Shown here: positions 52,230 through 61,630 of the stretch, one piece after another
Numbering within the stretch: position 1 is the stretch's first letter
Layout of the letters: each line of letters begins with the position of its first letter
Notes under the pieces: model-generated
What the model was told of the DNA's origin: nothing
The model's database searches: none
The model's input: the letters and a program-made list of their open reading frames with translations, nothing else
Assembly (NCBI GenBank): GCA_047624025.1
Contig: JBLHPB010000002.1
Location: 910-64,909, forward strand
DNA: 64,000 nt
DNA from: Zhongshania sp.
GTDB lineage: Bacteria > Pseudomonadota > Gammaproteobacteria > Pseudomonadales > Spongiibacteraceae
Reading direction: 5' to 3'
Translations under genes and position numbers: made by a program

Positions 52230-54002
52230 ATGTTTACCCTTGATGCATGGATAGCTCTCAGTGTTATTGGTGGGTGTCTACTCGCCCTTATTTTTAGTCG
52301 CCGACCACCGGATATGATTCTCTGTGGTGGTGTAGTGATTTTACTACTGTTAAACGTGATCACGCCCAAGGAAGCGTTGGCGGGTATGTCCAACGAAGGC
52401 ATGGTGACAGTTGGTGTGCTGTTTATTGTCGCTCAGGCGCTGTCTGAAACCGGTGTGGTGAGTTGGATTTCTAATAGTATACTCGGTCGCCCTAAGTCAG
52501 CGCCGATGGCCCAGTTTCGACTGATGGGACCAGTGGCAGTATTCAGTACTATTCTCAATAACACACCTGTTGTGGCGATGATGATTCCCGCCGTGAGAGA
52601 TTGGGCCAAACGCAATAATTTACCGGTTTCCCAGCTAATGATCCCGCTGAGCTATGCGGCCATTGTTGGGGGTACTTGTACTTTGATTGGCACCAGCACC
52701 AATCTGGTTGTTAACGGCATGTTGATTCACGCCGTACCGGATGCCTCTCTGGCCATGTTTGATTTGGCTTGGGTCGGTGTACCCTGCGTATTGCTGGTGA
52801 TTACGTTTACCATGCTGACCAGTCGTCGCTTGTTGCCCTTTAAAACCGGCAAAGCAGAGCGTTTTGCCGATGCTCGACAATATATTGTTGAGATGCTGGT
52901 GGAGCCCGCTAGTCCAATGGTGGGGCAGTCGATTGAGCAGGCCGGACTTCGGCAATTGCCATCGATGTTCCTAATAGAAATTGTCCGCGATGCACGTTTA
53001 ATGACAGTGGTGTCCCCCAAAGAAATTCTAATGGCCAACGACCGTTTGATTTTTGCTGGAGACGTGCGCTCAGTGGTGGATTTGAAAAATTTCCACGGCC
53101 TGCGGCTGGCTGAAGATCAGGCTTTCAAACTGGGTAATAATGATTTGTCGCGCTGTCTGGTTGAGGTGGTTATTTCGCCCAATTTTCCGCATTTGGGCAG
53201 CGTTGTGCGTGATATGAAATTTCGTAATAACTACGGCGCTGCCATTATTGCGATATCACGTAACGGCGAACATCTGAAAGGGCGTATTGGCGATTTGGAG
53301 CTGGAGCCCGGTGACACCTTGTTACTGGAAGCTTACGAGGATTTTGTGCCGAATCAGCGTTATTCGCGTGATTTTTTGCTGGTGAGTGCGATAGAAAATT
53401 CTCGCCCAGTGCGTCATGAGCACCGCCTGCGGGCGGGCATTATTATGCTTGCGATGGTGACGGTGGTGGCTATGGGCTGGCTGTCTATGCTTAAAGCAGG
53501 GTTCTTGGCCGCAGGTTTGTTGATTGTCACTAGATGTATACGGGCTGCCGATGCCCAGCGCAGCGTCGATTGGCAAATATTACTGGTGATTGCAGCCTCT
53601 ATCGCCCTAGGTGGTTCCTTGGAATCCACCGGCGCCGCGAAAATTATTGCCGGGGAGATTGTTGGTTTGGCATCGGGTTCTGCGATGGCGACCCTAGTGG
53701 CCATTTTTGTGGTGACCACCTTGTTTTCTGCTGTCATCTCGAATTTAGCTGCAGCCGTGATAGTCTTCCCCATTGCCTTGGCTGCCAGTCAGCAATTAGA
53801 TGTGAATATGATGCCATTTGCAGTGACCTTGATGATGGCAGCATCAGCGAGCTTTGCTACGCCCATCGGCTATCAAACTAATTTAATGGTCTACGGTCCC
53901 GGTGATTACCGTTTTAGTGATTTCTTTAAAATGGGTGTTCCGCTAACGATTATTGTCGGTGTGACAACGATTTTAATTGTGCCGATGGTCTGGCCTTTTT
54001 AA
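52230..54002 (+). CDS. SLC13-family anion (sulfate/carboxylate) permease with TrkA-C domains
   Basis: NNTPVV, GG..TLIGTSTNLV, two RCK_C-like segments, TPIGYQTNLMV.GPG. Confidence 0.9.
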   Translation: MFTLDAWIALSVIGGCLLALIFSRRPPDMILCGGVVILLLLNVITPKEALAGMSNEGMVTVGVLFIVAQALSETGVVSWISNSILGRPKSAPMAQFRLMGPVAVFSTILNNTPVVAMMIPAVRDWAKRNNLPVSQLMIPLSYAAIVGGTCTLIGTSTNLVVNGMLIHAVPDASLAMFDLAWVGVPCVLLVITFTMLTSRRLLPFKTGKAERFADARQYIVEMLVEPASPMVGQSIEQAGLRQLPSMFLIEIVRDARLMTVVSPKEILMANDRLIFAGDVRSVVDLKNFHGLRLAEDQAFKLGNNDLSRCLVEVVISPNFPHLGSVVRDMKFRNNYGAAIIAISRNGEHLKGRIGDLELEPGDTLLLEAYEDFVPNQRYSRDFLLVSAIENSRPVRHEHRLRAGIIMLAMVTVVAMGWLSMLKAGFLAAGLLIVTRCIRAADAQRSVDWQILLVIAASIALGGSLESTGAAKIIAGEIVGLASGSAMATLVAIFVVTTLFSAVISNLAAAVIVFPIALAASQQLDVNMMPFAVTLMMAASASFATPIGYQTNLMVYGPGDYRFSDFFKMGVPLTIIVGVTTILIVPMVWPF

Positions 54003-54016
54003 TAAGACTAGTTGCT

Positions 54017-54382
54017 CTATTGGCAATCTCTTTCGGCGAGCTGTGACCACTGGTTGGGGCTGCGCAGTATCTCTTTGTCAGTAATAATTACCTTGGTTTG
54101 TTGTGCTGCAAAACCATACTGAGCTAAAAATTGACACACCGACTTTGCATAGGCTTTGTGCTTGCCACGATTCTTGTTCACCGCAATGAGTAAAACATTA
54201 TGTTGTACCCATATAGCGTCGACGCTGCCATTTTGGGCGCGTTCAAGTGAACGTTCGATTTTTTTGTGAGCATTGCTGAAGTCGGGGCTTGCTAATACTG
54301 AATTATTGGCAATAGTGCAGCTGAACAAAACCAAGAGGATTGCCAGGGATGTTGAGCGGCGAGAGTTGAGAGGATACTTCAA
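54017..54382 (-). CDS. Hypothetical exported protein
   Basis: 121-aa ORF with hydrophobic signal and two Cys in the mature part. Confidence 0.6.
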   Translation of the reverse strand: MKYPLNSRRSTSLAILLVLFSCTIANNSVLASPDFSNAHKKIERSLERAQNGSVDAIWVQHNVLLIAVNKNRGKHKAYAKSVCQFLAQYGFAAQQTKVIITDKEILRSPNQWSQLAERDCQ

Positions 54383-54608
54383 TATTCAGTTCTCATTTTG
54401 GGATTCACCAGAATTGATCCAGAGCATAACCTATTGGGCCTTTAGCATGGCGAATAAATGTTGATGTTATACCAAGCAAGCTAACAGCTTGGGTGATGGT
54501 GCCAGTCAATAAGTTTTATATCTAACGTTCATAATTTCGCTGAGCGTGAAGTGCTATCGTGTGCATCAGGTCTTCTTTGCTTTGCTCCGCTGCGCCTGCT
54601 GGCTGTAC

Positions 54609-55118
54609 TTAGTCGGCCAACAAACCATTTGTGCCGACAACCGCTGCGCATAGTAATAACGACCAGACACCAATAGCCAAACAATCGAAAATAAGGTATT
54701 TCCGAAAGCTATAACCACTAATACCGGTGATGAGTGGAACGATGCTCCGTATTGCGGTCATTATTCGTCCAAATAAAATTGCCCCCCAGCCATAGCGGCG
54801 AATCAAGGCTTCGGTCCGATCAATACGCTGGCGATGGCGTGCTGCAAATGTTGTGGTATGGAATGCTGGGCCAATCCAACGTCCAATCCAATAGCCGGAT
54901 TGGTCACCGATGAAGGCGCCAATAAAGGCAGCCATGAATATGGCTTCAATGCTAATTAGCTGTTGTGCGTACAAAAATACAGCTACTGTTAGTAAAATCG
55001 CACCTGGAATAAATAAACCGATTCCAACGACTGCCTCGAAACAGGCGAGACCAAGTATTAAGTATTGTGCGTAGCTTGGGTTGTCTCCAATCCATGCCAG
55101 AACAGTATCCAGAGTCAT
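54609..55118 (-). CDS. DedA family membrane protein
   Basis: E...G.F.PG, GD..GY.IGR, GR....R..VP...G. Confidence 0.88.
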   Translation of the reverse strand: MTLDTVLAWIGDNPSYAQYLILGLACFEAVVGIGLFIPGAILLTVAVFLYAQQLISIEAIFMAAFIGAFIGDQSGYWIGRWIGPAFHTTTFAARHRQRIDRTEALIRRYGWGAILFGRIMTAIRSIVPLITGISGYSFRKYLIFDCLAIGVWSLLLCAAVVGTNGLLAD

Positions 55119-55292
55119 TCTCCTTTTATTGGTAATCGCAATGTGTACTTTTAGCTAATTTTGCTCACAAGTGACAGCGATATGATGGCTATCATAGCAG
55201 TGGTTTGGTGTTAGTGGCGTGAGTGTTTGAAATAACAGGTTTAAGCTAAATTTAAAGAGCAACTAGTGAAAACGCCATAAGGAGAATCTTGC

Positions 55293-55388
55293 ATGAAACA
55301 ATTGTCCTTTTCGAGTGCGAGTTACAAGCAGGCACCTGAGTTTAATAAGGAAACTGAGATGCGGTTTTATGTGGAGCTTTATCGCTAA
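55293..55388 (+). CDS. Candidate 31-aa small protein
   Basis: TAAGGAGA 7 nt before ATG; MKQLSFSSASYKQAPEFNKETEMRFYVELYR*. Confidence 0.35.
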   Translation: MKQLSFSSASYKQAPEFNKETEMRFYVELYR

Positions 55389-55682
55389 GCGATTAAGCGT
55401 TACTAGGTGGTCGTGGATGTGGTTGTGGCGGTGATGCAGCGCGGCCGGATGCCCAGTATCGGCAAGTGCGCTAAGGATATCAGCTTATTGACCTGTGTAA
55501 TGAGTGTTTGCGAGTGAGCCAGTGCAGCTTCTTACAAATTGGGTGCTGAGCTGTGGCCAGTTGATCTCCATGGTTGAAATGACAGCGTTGAGGTGTCGCT
55601 AGAGTATTGCTTACGTCGAATGTGCAGTTATACTGATTCTGCTTATTCAAAAAATAAAAATAAATGATCATCTGGAGTTGTT

Positions 55683-58169
55683 ATGTTTAACAGCCGTACC
55701 CCCGCATCATTCACTGTGGCTTGTTGTTTGGTGTTGTTTTCACTACCTTTAGCCTTACACAGTGCTGTTTTAGAGGAAGTCATCGTTACCGCTCAATTGC
55801 GAGAACAGAGCCTTCAGGATGTGCCAGTCTCAGTCAGTGCAATGTCTGGCCAGAAGATGATGGACGCGGGACTGAATAAAATTCAGGATCTTCAGGCCTA
55901 CGTGCCTAATCTCACTATGTCGGAGAATGGTATTGGTACCGCCATTTATATTCGCGGTATTGGCTCAGGTATTAATCAGGGTTTTGAGCAGTCAGTGGGT
56001 ATGTACGTTGATGGCGTTTACTATGGTCGTGCTCAGCTAGCTCGCGCGCCGTTTCTCGATCTCGCCCGTGTCGAAGTACTGCGCGGGCCGCAGAATATTC
56101 TCTACGGTAAGAACAGTATCGCAGGTGCCATCAGTATTATTACCGCTAGGCCCAGCGATGAGTTTGAAGGCATGGTTTCAGTGGTATATGAGCCAGAATT
56201 CGATGAGCAGGTATTCGATATTGCCTTGTCGGGACCACTTTCCGACACCGTTGGCTGGCGTTTTGCTGCACGCAAGCGTGAATTTGGTGGCTATATAGAG
56301 AACTTAACGCTGGGCCGAGACGAGCCTAGTTACGACGAAGAAACTCTGCGCATGAAGCTGTTATGGGATGCAGAAGATGATCTTACTGTTAGTTTAAAGG
56401 TCGAGTTCGGCGCCTTTGATGTCTTGGGCCGTCAGGTTGAGATCATCAATGATGGTGCTTCAACTGATAGTAATCCTCTTTTTACCGGACGCACCTACGC
56501 TGAAATCACCAATGACACTCAGGTGCCTGGGGTATTAGATGTCAATAGTCATGATTCGGTGCTCAATAATTATCAAGATTTCAAGCGTTCCTCAAATGGT
56601 GATTACAGCTTCAATGACACGCTGAACTTCACATTAAGTGCAGATTGGCTTCGCGATGAGCATTTATTTACTTCTACCACTGCCTTTGTGGCCTACGAGT
56701 ACGATGACCTCTGTGATTGTGACTTCACTGCGGCTGAGGGCTTTAAGTTGGTGCTGAAGGAAGAATACCAGCAAATTAGTCAGGAGTTTCGCTGGATTTC
56801 GCCAGTTGGCCAGGCGTGGGAGTATATCGCTGGGCTCTATTTTCAGAAAAACGAGTTAGATTTTTTCGACAGTATCATCGTCGACTCGGATCTGATTGTG
56901 CAGCTATTGAATGCGGCTGATGGCACCGAGGGTGGTGCGCGGGGTGATCGCGATCCCAATCCACTGGGAACATCGCCAGAGGAGATTGCAGGTATAGGCG
57001 ATGCCGGTAATGCGATTGCCAATCTCACCTCGCCTCGTGACTATAGTAGCGACTCGATGTTGGGCTCGGGGTTTATACAGGCCACTTGGAATATGCGTGA
57101 GGATCTGCGGCTGACGCTGGGTGGACGTTATTCCTACGAGGATAAAAGCGGTAGCCGCAAATTTCGCTTTGGTAACCTAGATTACAGTGAGCGCCCCTTT
57201 GGTGAGACTGACACCGTGTCGGCACTGAGCTTTGCAGCTGAACGCCATGACCTTAAGGGTGATCGTCAGGAATCACAGTTTTCACCGTCGATTAATCTGC
57301 AGTTCGACTTCACTGCGAACATTATGACTTACCTCACTTGGAGCCGAGGGTATAAGTCGGGCGGATTCGATGCGCGCTCTAATGCCTCGCCGAGCGCCGA
57401 CCCAGTGCCACAAAATCCCAATGCGCCCGGTGATGTTAGGCCTCGCCCAGTGTTGATTGGTACCTTCGAATACGAGGAGGAAGAGTCTGAAAGTATTGAG
57501 CTTGGTGCGAAAATGTCGCTTTTCGACGGCGCAGCAGAGTTCAATGCGGCACTATTCAATACTCGTTTCGACAACCTACAGGTGAGTATTTTTGATGGCA
57601 CCTTAGGCTTTAATGTTGGCAACGCCGCCACTGCGGTAACTCAAGGCGTCGAGCTAGATGGTCGCTGGCAAATCACCGATTCACTGATGCTAGCCGGCGC
57701 TTTGGCGTTCCTAGATTTTGAGTTCAAAGATTATGAAAATGGCCAATGCCTTGCGGGTCAGCAGCCGACTTCTGCCGATGGTCTTAACTGCGATTACTCC
57801 GGCAAGACAAATCAATATGTCGCTGATTGGGCCGGGAACGTACTGCTGGTGTGGCGAGCGCCTTTAACAGATACCCTCGGTGTCGGTATTAGCTTGGATG
57901 CCATTTTTACCGATGACTACAATCCCGCACAGAATCTCGACCCTGATGTTGATCAGGAGGGATATGTTAAGTGGAATGCCCGAGTCAGTATTGCTGCATT
58001 GGACGAGCGTTGGGATGTCGCCTTGGTCGGGAAAAATCTGACGAACGAAACCATTATTACCTACGCCAACGATACACCTACTTCCTACACCATCTTCGGT
58101 TCAAAGGGCCATTATGCCTTTCTCGAGTCGCCGCGGAGTATTGCCTTGCAGGCGAATTATCATTGGTAG
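55683..58169 (+). CDS. TonB-dependent receptor
   Basis: LEEVIVTAQ.RE.SLQDVP, RVEVLRGPQ..LYGKN plug motifs, C-terminal aromatic residue. Confidence 0.95.
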   Translation: MFNSRTPASFTVACCLVLFSLPLALHSAVLEEVIVTAQLREQSLQDVPVSVSAMSGQKMMDAGLNKIQDLQAYVPNLTMSENGIGTAIYIRGIGSGINQGFEQSVGMYVDGVYYGRAQLARAPFLDLARVEVLRGPQNILYGKNSIAGAISIITARPSDEFEGMVSVVYEPEFDEQVFDIALSGPLSDTVGWRFAARKREFGGYIENLTLGRDEPSYDEETLRMKLLWDAEDDLTVSLKVEFGAFDVLGRQVEIINDGASTDSNPLFTGRTYAEITNDTQVPGVLDVNSHDSVLNNYQDFKRSSNGDYSFNDTLNFTLSADWLRDEHLFTSTTAFVAYEYDDLCDCDFTAAEGFKLVLKEEYQQISQEFRWISPVGQAWEYIAGLYFQKNELDFFDSIIVDSDLIVQLLNAADGTEGGARGDRDPNPLGTSPEEIAGIGDAGNAIANLTSPRDYSSDSMLGSGFIQATWNMREDLRLTLGGRYSYEDKSGSRKFRFGNLDYSERPFGETDTVSALSFAAERHDLKGDRQESQFSPSINLQFDFTANIMTYLTWSRGYKSGGFDARSNASPSADPVPQNPNAPGDVRPRPVLIGTFEYEEEESESIELGAKMSLFDGAAEFNAALFNTRFDNLQVSIFDGTLGFNVGNAATAVTQGVELDGRWQITDSLMLAGALAFLDFEFKDYENGQCLAGQQPTSADGLNCDYSGKTNQYVADWAGNVLLVWRAPLTDTLGVGISLDAIFTDDYNPAQNLDPDVDQEGYVKWNARVSIAALDERWDVALVGKNLTNETIITYANDTPTSYTIFGSKGHYAFLESPRSIALQANYHW

Positions 58170-58244
58170 AGATGCGGTGGCATCGTCTGTGGCATAAACG
58201 TCGGGCTGGGTGTGGGTGTGGAGTGATCAGTTATGCGGGACAAT

Positions 58245-58272
58245 AAAAAAGGCCGCATTTGAGGGTGCGGCC
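58245..58272 (-). terminator. Terminator between convergent genes
   Basis: AAAAAA-GGCCGCA...TGCGGCC; a second hairpin lies at 58310-58347. Confidence 0.65.
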
Positions 58273-58363
58273 ATTCGGAATCCTCGGCGGAGGCGTTTTA
58301 ATCAAATTGCTCACCGTCCCCAAAAGATTGTCGATCTGGACGGTGAGTGAAGGTCTTCTGAGG

Positions 58364-59362
58364 CTAAAGCTTAACGATCAACTTTCCTTTGTTACCGCCG
58401 GTGAATAGTAGATTCAAACCGTCAATCGCTGATTCCAAACCTTTGATAATATGCGCGCGATGCTTGATTTTTCCGGCCATCACATAGGGAGCCAACTTTT
58501 CTACCAGCGCAGGCACGTCAGCAAAGTGATCGGGCATGGCGAAACCTTGAATGCTTAAGCGCTTCTTGATAATTGGAATCCAGTTAGGGCCGGCGCTCGG
58601 AACCGCCGCATTGTAATCTGCGATCATACCGCACACCACAATGCGGCCATGTGCATTCATATGGTCAATCACATGTTGCTGAATCGGGCCACCGGTGTTT
58701 TCGAAATACATATCAATACCGTTGGGCGCCAGTTCAGTCAATCGTGCATCGATATCATTGGTCTTGTAGTTAATCGCGCCATCGAAACCCAATTCATCGG
58801 TCAGCCAGCTACATTTTTCGTCACTGCCAGCAACACCGATAACGTTCAAACCATCCGCTTTAGCCAGCTGTCCCACTAGCGACCCAACTGAACCGGCTGC
58901 GCCGCTGATAACAATAGTCTCACCCGCTTTGGGCTCACTAAAGCCGTACAGGCCCTGTGTGGCAGTTAAACCCGGTAACGCAAACACACATAGAGCCATT
59001 TCCGCATCCATACCTTTCTGGACCTGTCTCAGGCCTTCGCCGGAGCCTAGATAATATTCGGTCCAACCCATCATGCCCATCAGGCGATCGCCGACTTTGA
59101 AATTAGGACTGTTACTTTCAACAACTTCGCCCAAGCCTGACGAACGCATTACCTCTCCAAGGCCAACCGGTGGTATATAGCTGTGAGGATCCGAGCTCAT
59201 CCAACCGCGCATTGCTGGGTCAAGTGACATATGTGTTTGCTTGAGCAAAATTTGGCCGGGGCCTGCCTGCGGCACTTTTTGTTGGACAACTTCAAAAATT
59301 TCCGGAGTTAGTGGGCCGGGTTCAGGGCGGGCGACGAGATTGATTGATGTATAGGTGCTCAT
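58364..59362 (-). CDS. NADP-dependent oxidoreductase (prostaglandin reductase/CurA-like MDR)
   Basis: SLDPAMRGWM, SGAAGSVG, YFENTGG, CGMIADYN, G.N.GKLIV. Confidence 0.92.
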   Translation of the reverse strand: MSTYTSINLVARPEPGPLTPEIFEVVQQKVPQAGPGQILLKQTHMSLDPAMRGWMSSDPHSYIPPVGLGEVMRSSGLGEVVESNSPNFKVGDRLMGMMGWTEYYLGSGEGLRQVQKGMDAEMALCVFALPGLTATQGLYGFSEPKAGETIVISGAAGSVGSLVGQLAKADGLNVIGVAGSDEKCSWLTDELGFDGAINYKTNDIDARLTELAPNGIDMYFENTGGPIQQHVIDHMNAHGRIVVCGMIADYNAAVPSAGPNWIPIIKKRLSIQGFAMPDHFADVPALVEKLAPYVMAGKIKHRAHIIKGLESAIDGLNLLFTGGNKGKLIVKL

Positions 59363-59502
59363 GTTAATTCTCCGTGCTAGCGATCAAACAGTAAGTGATT
59401 CTTGATGCTTGTATTATTACTCTATTAAATGCATGGATATATATGGATATATGCTAATCTTTATTGTTTTTAAGACATTAGTGTGATCGAAGAGGTTAAA
59501 TA

Positions 59503-60408
59503 ATGGACCAACTAAGAGCGCTAAAATATTTCGCTGCAGTAGCGGAGTGCGGCAGTTTTACTCAAGCCGCAAAGCAATTTTCGGTTCCGCCATCATCTTT
59601 ATCGCGTCGTGTTGCAGATTTGGAAAAAAGTCTCGGTGCAAGCTTGTTGGAGCGCACCACGCGAAGCGTGCAGCTAAGCGAAATAGGGCGCAGCTACTTT
59701 TCACAGGTGCAGAATATACTGCGCCAATTGGAGCAAAGTAACGAGTCGGTGCGCAGCTACCACAGCAAACCCATGGGGCAACTTAGAATCAGCTCGATGG
59801 TGGGTTTTGGTGAACCCATATTGTTGCCCTTGCTCGATGAGTTTAGCAAGCTCTACCCAGAAATTGTTCTCGACATCAGTCTCAGCGACGAGCTGTCTAC
59901 ACTCGGGCGTGACGATGTCGACATTGCCATTCGAGGTGGCTATGCACCTGACGAACGGGTGTTGGCTGTCCGCCTGATGGATAACGAGTTTATTCCCGCA
60001 GCGGCACCAAGTTATCTCGCCAAAAATGGCACACCCAAGCACCCACATGAATTACGCAAACATAAGGGTCTTTACTACCGTACACCGAACGGACCTCAAT
60101 GCTGGTTTTTCCAGCAGGATGATCAATGGCATACCGCATCTATTCCTGAAATGGCAATCTCCAATAATGGAAAATGGCTAGCCAAAAAAGCAGTCAATGG
60201 TGAAGGTATTATTATGGCGCCACGCTGGAGGCTGGCCGACTATATTCGGCGAGGCGAGTTACAGGCATTAGAGATTGAGCCGGAGCTCAAGATCACCCAA
60301 AGTAGCGATCTGGGGGTTTATCTTTTATACCAAAAGCAGCGCTACATGATACCCAAGGTCAAAGTTGCGGTAGATTTTCTGGTCGCTAGGATCAAGGGAA
60401 AATACTGA
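59503..60408 (+). CDS. LysR family regulator (CrgA-like), divergent from the oxidoreductase
   Basis: GSFT.AA....PSSLSR....LE..LG..L..RTTR helix-turn-helix, D.AIR, PKV. Confidence 0.95.
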   Translation: MDQLRALKYFAAVAECGSFTQAAKQFSVPPSSLSRRVADLEKSLGASLLERTTRSVQLSEIGRSYFSQVQNILRQLEQSNESVRSYHSKPMGQLRISSMVGFGEPILLPLLDEFSKLYPEIVLDISLSDELSTLGRDDVDIAIRGGYAPDERVLAVRLMDNEFIPAAAPSYLAKNGTPKHPHELRKHKGLYYRTPNGPQCWFFQQDDQWHTASIPEMAISNNGKWLAKKAVNGEGIIMAPRWRLADYIRRGELQALEIEPELKITQSSDLGVYLLYQKQRYMIPKVKVAVDFLVARIKGKY

Positions 60409-60472
60409 GGGGAGCGAATCAACTTGGGATGCAAATAACCACATCCGCCATTACACCCGAAAAGTCCAGACG

Positions 60473-60503
60473 AAAAAAAAGACCTGCATTGCTGCAAGTC
60501 TTT
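60473..60503 (-). terminator. Terminator downstream of the tRNA 3' fragment
   Basis: Minus strand AAAGACTTGCA-GCAA-TGCAGGTC-TTTTTTTT. Confidence 0.75.
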
Positions 60504-60511
60504 CATTTGTT

Positions 60512-60559
60512 TGGCTCCGCCTGCTGGGCTCGAACTAGCGACCCAATGATTATGAGTCA
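60512..60559 (-). pseudogene. 3' half of a tRNA-Asn-type gene (probable att site), anticodon loop reading CTCATAA
   Basis: Minus strand TGA-CTCATAA-TCATTGGGTC-GCTAG-TTCGAGC-CCAGC-AGGCGGA-G-CCA; T-arm, G73 and CCA present, no complementary 5' acceptor strand. Confidence 0.82.
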
Positions 60560-60950
60560 GTTTTGTACACTAACGAGCTCAAGCCTGCTCTATTTAGCTC
60601 AATAAATACAGATTGTCAGCTGAAGGTAATTGAGTAGCCTTGAGTGTACTCGGGCTCATTAGTGTGATGAAATTGTGACTGCCAGCCGTCATTCCACAAA
60701 TCGCTTCCCACACAATAGAAAGATAGATCGCTCCTAGGTAATAGCGCCAAATATACAGCCTCCTTGTTGCGCTAGTGTTACAAAAAGGTATACGACATGA
60801 GCTCTCAGCAACTGTCTAGCGAACCCAGGGAAGTCCAGTCGGCGCGCTGGTACGGCTTGCAATTTCGATAATTATTGTTTCGATGTTAGCGGCGTAAAGA
60901 ACGTGACCCATCAAATGCAAACGTTCTGCGATTTGCAGGTTTGATTTTAT

Positions 60951-61496
60951 TCAGCTTAACCCTAGTCGACGGCTTAGTGCGGCGTACGGTTCGATCGGTG
61001 ATTTACGAAAGAGAGGGTCGACGCGATCATTGACCTCCTTGACGATTTGTTCCCAGTCCTCGTTGCTCAATGCCTGCTTCATCGCAGGGAAGATGTCGCG
61101 CTCTTCAATCTCGATATGCTGAAACTGGCTATCCAGATAGTTGTTAAGCGCACGTTTGATATGCACCACGGGGACGATGTGATCGTCGAAGACCATCCCA
61201 AGTAACCGTTTTAACTCGATAGTGTCCCGCTCAAGCTCCTCGTGCTGTTCCCGTATACGGGTGATTACTGTGCGCTCACCTATGCCCAGTAGTTCCATGC
61301 GATTGAAGGCCGCATTTTCCAGTGGGTGATGAAAGGTCTCGGTGTAGGTACTGATGTAATCAAGGGCACTCAGAACACTGTGTAAATCCGTATCGATGGT
61401 TGGATCATCGTATTGGGCAATCTCCTTGCGTAGAAATTGCAGTAGGTGAATAAGGTTACGGTGATCGTCGAGAAGGCGCTGTATTAGAGTAGCCAT
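60951..61496 (-). CDS. Hemerythrin/HHE cation-binding domain protein
   Basis: L.DDH, HHPLE...F, EQHEEL, QHIEIEE..IFP, DPLF; GGAG RBS before ATG 61496. Confidence 0.88.
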   Translation of the reverse strand: MATLIQRLLDDHRNLIHLLQFLRKEIAQYDDPTIDTDLHSVLSALDYISTYTETFHHPLENAAFNRMELLGIGERTVITRIREQHEELERDTIELKRLLGMVFDDHIVPVVHIKRALNNYLDSQFQHIEIEERDIFPAMKQALSNEDWEQIVKEVNDRVDPLFRKSPIEPYAALSRRLGLS

Positions 61497-61553
61497 GATG
61501 AACTCCAGGAGTGACGACGCGATCCTATATAAGCTTGTGCCTTGATCGCGACT

Positions 61554-61567
61554 TTGATAATAAGCAA
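61554..61567. promoter_or_regulatory. FNR/Anr-like box
   Basis: TTGAT-AATA-AGCAA, 9/10 match to TTGAT-N4-ATCAA, upstream of the hemerythrin gene. Confidence 0.55.
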
Positions 61568-61630
61568 GGGACACGTGGTTGTCGTTGTTACGGCAAGCTA
61601 CGCCTGAAGGTAAGTGAAATTGCGTTCAGG

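Noticed and set aside
55390-55682. Cobalamin riboswitch or Fur box upstream of the TonB receptor
   Set aside because: No B12-box or convincing Fur consensus seen.
60512-60590. Intact tRNA-Met/Ile2 (CAT) gene
   Set aside because: No 5' strand complementary to the acceptor end, no proper D-arm, and a T-stem mismatch; treated as a fragment.
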